Origin: Chrysomallon squamiferum
Taxonomy: Eukaryota; Animalia; Mollusca
NCBI GenBank assembly: GCA_012295275.1
Contig: CM022679.1
Location: 29,264,001-29,328,000, forward strand
Length of the DNA: 64,000 bases
Direction: 5' to 3'
Below the pieces are notes generated by a model, which saw only the letters and a program-made list of their open reading frames with translations, searched no databases and was not told the DNA's origin. A program made the position numbers and the translations under genes. Positions 55,307-64,000 of this stretch are shown one piece after another. The number at the start of each line of letters is the position of its first letter. The stretch's first letter is position 1.

Positions 55307-56825
55307 ATCTGTTATTTCATTTTTCGTTGGGGATGTGTGTTTACTTATTGATTGTTTCATTTCGTTCTTCATTTTGTCTCTTTGTTTCTTTATTTACTAT
55401 TCAAATTGTTTATTTATATATATCGAGTTTCCTACTCGAATATCAAATTTTTCATCAATTTTAATAATTTTAAACATAAAATAAAGTTTCTGAAGGCTTG
55501 AAGATCTCACTATTTCTGCTGTCCAGAAAAACATTCAGATTTTTAATCTTTCCGGATTTTTCTGAATTTCGAATAAGAGATATTTCACCTTTTGCTTAAT
55601 TTTACCATCCCCTTTCCTAAAATTCTGGTTCAGCCCTTTGACTCTGAATTAAAAATAAAGCACTACAAAAAAAAAAAAAAAAAACAAATGGTGAAGTGAC
55701 CTTTTATCTAAGGACAATGACCCTGACCTTCATTTCGGGAAAATTAAAATGACCAGTATACTCTTTAGGCAACTAAATGCTTTTTGTATCAAATTAATAA
55801 TGATGATAATAATGAAAAAAACAACAACAACAACACTAATAAATAAGTAAAAATAGATAAATAAATGATACGAGATTAAAGAAAATATCAAACATTTTAT
55901 TCTGTAAATTTTCTCGAATATAGGTCATCCTCCGATTAGTATTTCATCATCAAATTATTTCTTTAGTTTATCCGCCCTCTCACACATTTTCTCAGCAGAC
56001 TGCAACTATATTAATTAACACCTGGTTAATTATATACAGTTTGTTTATTAAAATCTGTTTGAAGGGTACTTTTTCGTGTACAGTTATAATAATGTACGTC
56101 CAGTAAATTACAAGCTAACATTTCGATAGAAAATTTAATCATTATAGAGAATTGTACTTTAATATAGGAACTGTTTCTTGGTGGTAATTTTCTCCATTTT
56201 CATTGAATTAATCTAGGACTTTGTTGTTGCGGTCGAATAAAGATGATTTAATTTGTCCATTCCTTATTTATTTATTTATCTGTTCAACACAACGATAAAA
56301 TGTAAACGTGACTTATTTTGCACTTAAAATGGCTTGGTTTTACTGTTCGTTTGATTTTTTGTTTTGTTTTCTGTTTCAGAAACGTTTAAATGTTTTCTTA
56401 GTTTTATTGTTATTGTTATCCTTTTTATGATTCTTATTACTGTTGTTGTTGCAAGTAGCAGTAATTACAGTACAAGTACAAGTAGTTGTAATAGTAGTGG
56501 TGGTAGTAGTAGCAGTGTTATTGTTCTTGTTATTTTATTTTGTTAGTGTTAGTGTTATCTTGTTGTTATAATTGTCTCAGTCGGAATTCACATTTGTACA
56601 CTAATTATCATATATATATATATATATCAGTATTTTTATACTTTTTGTTAAATGTACATTTTCCTTGTTCTTTTTCATTATTAACTAAGATTGGAAAGCA
56701 AAAATCAGAACAAAAATTTAATTTTACTATTAAAAAAAAAAAAAAAAATTGTTTCATGTATTTGTCTAATATAGCACCCTGTGAGCGATGACGTCATAAT
56801 TCTTGTGGTGAAAGGATAGAATCGA

Positions 56826-56856
<31 letters not shown>

Positions 56857-57142
56857 AAATAAACTGCTGAGGAGACGTTACCTAGGAGATCCGGCATATT
56901 CTGTCGAATTTAAAACACTTAATTCTTCATATTTATTTATTATCAAATTTTCTTTTATATCTTCTTTTGTTAATTTACAAAGCTAAACTTTGTTGATTTT
57001 TTTAGATTTAAATGTGTTGTGTGTGTGTGTGAATGTGTGTGTGTGTATATATACATACATATACATATATAAAACACACACATATAAACTACCTTATGTT
57101 TAGAAAGTTTAGAACAACTAATTATCATCATCATCATCATCG

Positions 57143-57191
<49 letters not shown>

Positions 57192-57635
57192 GATTTTAAA
57201 ATCTATTTGCGGCCAATAACCTTGAGCAGAGCAGGCCACTGTATGTGTCAGAGAAGAGTAATTGTCAAGCACTTTGTGGTGTGACAAAACAATGGCTTCT
57301 AATCTACAAAAATCACCTCATGCCCTCCAATTCGCTTTTGAATTTCGACCAGATAATCAAGTCAATGGCACATTCTGGATGCACTGCTATAAATAGAAAT
57401 GTGGCGAACAAAAATAATCAGTTTGCAGAATTGTAATTCTGTCACGTTTACAGGTATGGTTGTACTTTATTTGATTTTTGCTGTGTTGCAGGGTTTTTTT
57501 TTTTTTTTTTGTTTATTCTTCTTTTGTAATAATAATAATAATAATAATTATTATTATTATTATTATTATTGCGGTTATTACTTTTATTGTCTTTATTATT
57601 AGCGGTTGACTTAGTGATGTCAGAAGCACACACAC

Positions 57636-57691
<56 letters not shown>

Positions 57692-58269
57692 TTCCATTTA
57701 ATACAGGCTTTAAATGCATTTTATTAAAAGGAACAAATTATCATAACTTTTTTAAAATTTTATTTATTTGTTTGTTTGTTATAGTTTACAGTAGTAGTAT
57801 TTCTTTTTACGACTGAATACTCAATCAGTTAATTTATATTCGGTTCTGTTGGCCATTTTGTTTACAAAATATTATATTCTAAATTCATAATACTTGTTTC
57901 AAATAATCAGACAGGATGTAGCCTAATGTCACTTGTTATAAAATTTCTTCTGTAAAGATAAAAAAAAAAAAAACACGGGACGGTGCGCCTTTAATTCCAA
58001 AGGCATGACGACTCGTGGGAAAACCCGTGTGGCAGTACGATCGAATATTCAGCATAATTATATTTTTAAAATGTTGCCAAATCATTCATTATTTTACCAT
58101 AATAATGTTTTATTTACAAAATAAACATCATATGTCAACTAGTCCATGGGAAATTTGGGTCATTTGGTGTTTTATATGAACGCAGTGATTTTACTTCTTT
58201 AACACTTACACTGGGTCACTGACTCGTCCTTCGCGGCTTTCCTGACGATCGTTTTCTCTATGTTGTAAG

Positions 58270-58425
58270 ATGCATTTTGATTGGCTATTTTAGCATGGTC
58301 CCATGTCTGATGATCAATGTAATCATCTGACATTTTACACTAAAATAATATAAAATTTATTTTACTGGTAAGAAACTGAACGTTTGGCGGAAGAAAATTC
58401 ACGCTGTTACAGAGAGGTAAGACGA
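58270..58425 (+). promoter_or_regulatory. Candidate promoter / non-coding first exon of the FAS gene
   Basis: CpG-rich segment with a reverse CCAAT box (GATTGGCT, ~58280), donor-like GTAAGA at ~58367 and 58417, and CRE-like TGACGTAA at ~58503. The acceptor at 62186 upstream of the ATG implies an upstream UTR exon. Other candidate starts lie near 54540 and 61480. Confidence 0.35.
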
Positions 58426-61400
58426 ATCCGCTCATTCAAAAGCCAGATTTAAATGACCATTTGTTATCAGTAAAGACTTTGATCGCGATGTATGTCTGGG
58501 CGTGACGTAACGCCGCGTTTCATTCATGTTTGCTGATAAGAGACGGTCGATACGCGAGATTGTAGTAAAACTGCTATGCATAGTAGACAAACTATATTAA
58601 AAAATGTAATATATGAAGTAATTTGTTTTCGAAAATGTTTAAGCTTACAATTTTATCTAACGTGCGCTAAGTACACTGTTAAAATTAATACGAGAAAGAA
58701 TCGAATATTGTTTTCCCAGCAGACTCCTTTTTCCATTTCTCACCATTTTTTTTTTTTTTTTTTTTTTTTAAACAGTTATTGTTAGCATTGGTTTCTTTCT
58801 TTATTAATGTATTGTACGTATTTCAATCACAGCTAAAATGCATATATTAAAATAGCAGCAGTAATAAAATATTATCAATTATGCTCAAAAATCATTTATT
58901 AATTTATTTATTTTCAGTCAAGTTACGCGCTGTTATATAGTAATGACATGATTAAATATACCTTCTTATACATGAACATTAGAAATTTAAACATAAATAA
59001 ACATTAAACTACCTGCTTTGATTTATGCAATGAAATGAATAGTAGATGTACTCGCTCGATTTTGTTGATAGAGTTATACACAATGTTTAATTACCTCGTG
59101 AGTGGAAATCTAATCTTGGCTTGATATATTGTTGGTAACATTTTTTTTTTTTTTTTATGTTTAAATATGAGGGAGGAAAGGATATTTCATTTAACGATAT
59201 AAATTTCTGTTTACCAGTATCTGTAGTGTGTGTGTGTGTGTGTGTGTGTTGTTATTATTATTTGACAGAAACGGTCACATACACACTACTTGTTACAATT
59301 ACTTTCATGACGAAGGAAACCAGACAGACATCAGAATTAATAATTTAACATCGCTTTTCGCGAAGCCAGGAAAAGCGACTGGTATTATTAACCAGTGTCT
59401 ATTAACGGATAAAAATAAAACACTTTGTCGAGTTTTATTTCCGAATGTCATTAGGTGGGTTTGTTTCAAACGTTTACTGTATATATCAACAGTCCAGAGC
59501 TTTAAAATGAGAAATGCTTATAATGCTTATTATTATTATTATTAATTTTTTTTTTTTTTTTATTTTATTTTATTAATTTTTTTTCGTTTCTATTGTTTTT
59601 TAATCTGAATGGATGTTGATAATTTTTATTGGCGCTTTAAATAAAAACGTTTTGTCATCTTCAACAGAATCAATGAAAGAATGGCTTTTTGATAAACAAT
59701 TATTAATAATAATATTCAGAAGAAATCTCTGGAATTCAATTTAAAAATAAGTTAAAAATAAATAAATAACATTTAGTGCAGTTAAATAAATAATTATATC
59801 AGTAAACTTCCGGATGGTGTTTTATATGCAAGCATTAACTGATACTACATACCCTCTTTTCAAAATTATGTTCAACATAAATATTTTTATAACCTTTTCA
59901 CCACGACAGAAAACATGCTCAAGATTTATTTATATATTCTTTAACAGGTGAACTTGAAGTTTCACTGCGAATGTTGTTGTTCGATTTTGTTTCATATCAA
60001 ACAGTAAAATGAAATTTTATTGAGCTGACCTTGACATTTTAATGACGATGATATTTTTATTTGATATTTTAATGTGTATGTGCACAAAAACTGAAGATTA
60101 AAATCACCATACGGAATATTTTTGCAAATTTATACCATTTCAGATTTGTGTGTGTGTGTGTGAGTGTGTATGTGTGTGTGTATGTAGATACAGATATGTA
60201 GATAGTTACAGATATCGTTTCAAAGACTGACATTCTTTTAAATGTTGATCTGCGTTTCGTATGGTAAAATAATAATAATTATAAATGGCTTTCGTTATGG
60301 GTCGAGAGTTTTAGATCCATCTATCAAGATTAAATGTCTTTTGTTATGCAGGCGGGGGTGGGCACCTATTGAAAAGGAGAAAAGATAAACAAAGAAAAAG
60401 AAGGCGTAGAGAATGTCATTTGAATCCATCACGTTTGTTTGCATATGTTATCTGTGAAATCATAAAATTTCTTCATCTCTTACTTTTATCATAAATACGA
60501 TTAGAAATACTTATCTCCAATAAACTGATTCTCTTTTTATCAGTTGCATGATCGCACATCTTGATCAGTAGTCAGATTAGATAAGGGTATTCTTTATCTT
60601 TCTTTCTTTTATACATACATAAATAGACAAATATACACCTCTATCGAGAGAAACGTAATTACATTAATCCTTTATAGGAGGAATCCTTTCACCGCATATA
60701 TACTGATACGAAAAATGAGACTGGTACAAATCGGAATGTGTTTCTCTCTCTTTATATCATTAAGAATATTTAAAATAACTAAATGTGTATATCATTAGTA
60801 GAGAGGGTTTCACAAAACACACCCGTCTCTCGCAAATCAAACTGTACTTACTTGCACTTGTACATAATGTGTCCCCTTCGGAATCGATCCACTGTAGGTC
60901 AAAAACATTAAATAAATAAATAGCTGTATAATGTTATATCCAAGGGAAAAGAGCGTATAATAACCAGCGAAATTTTAAATTTTTCTTACAGAGTTCTTGG
61001 TATTCAGTGTTAATAGTTAAATATGTTCGTTTTGTTGATTGTTGATTTGTGTGTGTGTGTGTGTGTCTGTGTGTGTGTGTGGAATAGGTAGTTATTTGTG
61101 AAACAATCTGTAGGAAGTGGAATAAAAAATATATATACATATTATTTTCAAAATGAATGAGCTAAAGGTAATGAAATGCATAAAGACTAAACATGACTAA
61201 TCTTTAGGTTTTATCGAAGAAAGCGAATTGTTACTGCATATAAAACAAAATAATATAGAACAACAGGTAAAGTTTTGTGGTTTTTCAAGACGGTTGATAG
61301 ATCGATCGGAGGCATAAATTGATTTTCTTGTTGATAATATGTGTTTGTTCATCAAAGCAATTATTAACATGAATTGAATGCGTGCTTTGTTGATATTTTC

Positions 61401-62202
61401 TTGAAACTGTCAGTTAAAAATGGCAATCTGGTGACCTAGAGAATCACATTATTCTACTCGATCGGGTGACTGTCGTCTGGAGGTAAAAGGTTACGGGCAC
61501 GTATTGAACGTGCATGTTGTGTTACGTTTTTTCATTGGTTCGTTCAATCCACCGCATTTTGCCGGAAATTTTGAAGCCTAAGGTAGCAGTTGATGACTGC
61601 CGGATATTTTAAAGCCTGAGGTTTAGCAGTCGTTTTGGTTGGTGGGTGATTTCATTGATTTACTATTTATTGTCATAATTTATTTAAATAATATGTTTTC
61701 TTAACGACAAATACAGTTAAATTAGAAGTGCTTTTTTAAAATTTATTTTTACGTTATTAAAATATGTTCAAGTGTTAGAACTGTAGATTTCACTAACACG
61801 TGTTTATAACACTGAAACTTATGTTCCACTGCAAATATGATACATTGTTAATTACGTTACGTTGATATATAAAATTGTTAACGTAGATATATTGTTGAAA
61901 CTATTATCCTGTCCATTCTAAATGATAAAATTATCATCACAACTATACAATACTAGGCGCAGTTTTAATATTTTTTGTTTATAGTGTACTCTACCTGATA
62001 CAATTTGATTATTTCCCATTCAGTTGCGACTTACTGTCGATCATCACTGACCTTCATTGGGGTTTCTATCCGTCTAAATCGTCGCTTTTTGTCTTTAGCA
62101 AAAAGAATCCATGTTAATCACTGGTTTGTGCTCGACTTCCAATAATAACGTGTCAGTTTAAGCTGATTTCTGTTTCTTATTTTCAGACTGCTAAACATTT
62201 TC

Positions 62203-63015
62203 ATGATGCCAGCACATACAACAGATGAACCACCTTTACAGGACGAGCCGTTGATGAGTGACAAGTCTGGCTCAACCAGCCCAGTCGTCTGCAAAGAGGA
62301 CATTGTGATCAGTGGCATATCATGTCGACTCCCAGAGTCAGACAACATGCAAGAGTTCAGAGAACACCTCATCTTGGGAGAGGACATGGTTACCAAGGAC
62401 AGCAGAAGATGGGAACCAGGTGAGAGCACAGGCATATTTATTTATTTATTTATGTTTATTTTTGTGAAATATCTGCAGATCCAATTACAGTCAGAATTAC
62501 AGCAAAGATCCAATGGTTTTAAACTAACATCCAAATTGTTAATAATTATAAACATTTGCATGCTGGCCGAGATTAAACAACGGAGATACCAGGCTGGACT
62601 AATTGGCTTAGCTGATCTTTTGTAGATTAGCTCTCTGGGTATAAAATCAGTATGAGAAAAACTAGGACATGAAGTCTTCAAAGAGTTAACATATTAGGGC
62701 ATTTAATTTTTTATCATAATATTTAAAAAGAAAGTAAAATAAAGAATGAATAACATTTTTAAAAAGTTTAAAAATTCTTCAAAATTAAAAAAAAAGTAAT
62801 TAAAAAAAGAGGGATTATATATGAAGTAGTTTTTCACTGCTATTTTATTCTTATTTTCACAGGCTATTTGGGTCTCCCACCAAGGAATGGAAAACTAAAA
62901 GATATATCCAAGTTTGATGCCCAGTTTTTTGGTGTCCACCCAAAACAAGCAGATTCAATGGACCCACAACTTCGAATACTGCTTGAGGTCACCTACGAAG
63001 CAATAGTTGATTCAG
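62203..63015 (+). CDS. FASN: Fatty acid synthase (animal type I), N-terminal ketosynthase; first two coding exons, gene continues beyond the window
   Basis: Exons 62203-62419 and 62863-63015 (GT-AG, phase 1-1) encode ...[92 protein letters not shown]. This closely matches the animal FAS KS N-terminus. A FAS-like PKS cannot be excluded from this fragment. Confidence 0.85.
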
Positions 63016-63173
63016 GTACATTCAGTTTTATCACATAATTCATATTTTGACATCAGGGCATTTTAGTGTTATTAGTTACTGGTAGTTGACAAAACTATGG
63101 CAATGACTTATAATTACATCCAATAATTAAACATTTAAAAATAAAATATAATATTTATTTTTATATTTTTAAT

Positions 63174-63223
63174 TATGTAATTTTATAGTTTTATATATAT
63201 ATATAAAACTATAAAATTACATA
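63174..63223. repeat. Perfect 50-bp palindrome centred on (TA)n
   Basis: TATGTAATTTTATAGTTTTATATAT|ATATATAAAACTATAAAATTACATA, checked base by base: 25/25 pairs. Confidence 0.95.
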
Positions 63224-64000
63224 TGTATATGATCTATAAATAGTAGCAAAAGTTAATAACTAGATAAATTTTTGTATTTTCAGTCACTTCTCTTGTATTT
63301 TTCCAGTATTTTTATAACAGTTATGGAAGTATGATGATTAGACAAACAGCCATGGGCACTGTTTTTTCATACTTTTTCCCTTTATAATAGAACATGTGTG
63401 TATATATATATATATACACATTGTCTCAGTTGTTTCCTTAGCTGCAAGGATTGTATTGTAATACAGGGGGAAGGAAATGGGAAGCAGTTCATTTATTCTC
63501 ATAAATTATTTGATCTTTTTATTGCCTTCTAAAATTAAAAATGAAATTTTTTGGATTAAAATCCCTTGGGATAAAATAATTGAAATGGTACTTTTTTTAA
63601 GTGTCATGTGTGCATGCATTTGTGCAAACACATAAATTCAACTAAATCACTTGCATTTTGGGTTACTCTAAAGCAAGATAATATTTAAAAAAATAAATAA
63701 ATAAATAAAAAATGAAACACATTTTAACAGCCATTTAAAAATCATAAAATCTGTGGCATCAGTTTTATTTTCACAAATTAAATATTTTTAACTGAAAATT
63801 CTGTACTGATGAAAGCAATTATATAAAAAACTTACAATTTTATAATTTTGGTCATCCCTTCTTTTTTTTTTTTTTTTTTTTTTTTAAAATCCTTGTCTAT
63901 TAAATCATTATTTGCTAAAATAATATATTAAAATAAATATTTAACTAATATAAGTTATTTGAATATTGTCTGATGTAAAATTATATAAATTGTAGAATTT

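Overview
AT-rich, microsatellite-dense, intron-containing animal genomic DNA. The repeat types suggest a mollusc, probably a gastropod; this is inference from remembered repeat motifs. Five protein-coding genes were reconstructed by hand from GT-AG boundaries and phase continuity. (1) An orphan single-pass membrane protein with one coding exon (+, 7608-8465). (2) UTP6 (-, 14 exons traced from 38347 to 31372; the C-terminal half was not found). (3) A 168-aa C3HC4 RING + TRAF-type zinc-finger protein (-, 43711-39252). (4) An IFI44/IFI44L-like TLDc + P-loop GTPase gene (+, 45624-50386), head-to-head with the RING gene. (5) The first two coding exons of a fatty acid synthase-type ketosynthase (+, 62203-63015, continuing beyond the window). 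The rest is non-coding: minisatellites, degenerate tandem arrays, SINE fragments and an internally deleted pogo/Tigger element. Most ORF-track entries are microsatellite artefacts. No CRISPR array, rRNA or intact tRNA was seen. The best leads are the divergent RING-E3/IFI44-like pair with a degenerate G4 motif and NLS-like linker, the adaptor-like orphan membrane protein, the apparent UTP6 truncation, and an identical 13-mer upstream of two adjacent genes.
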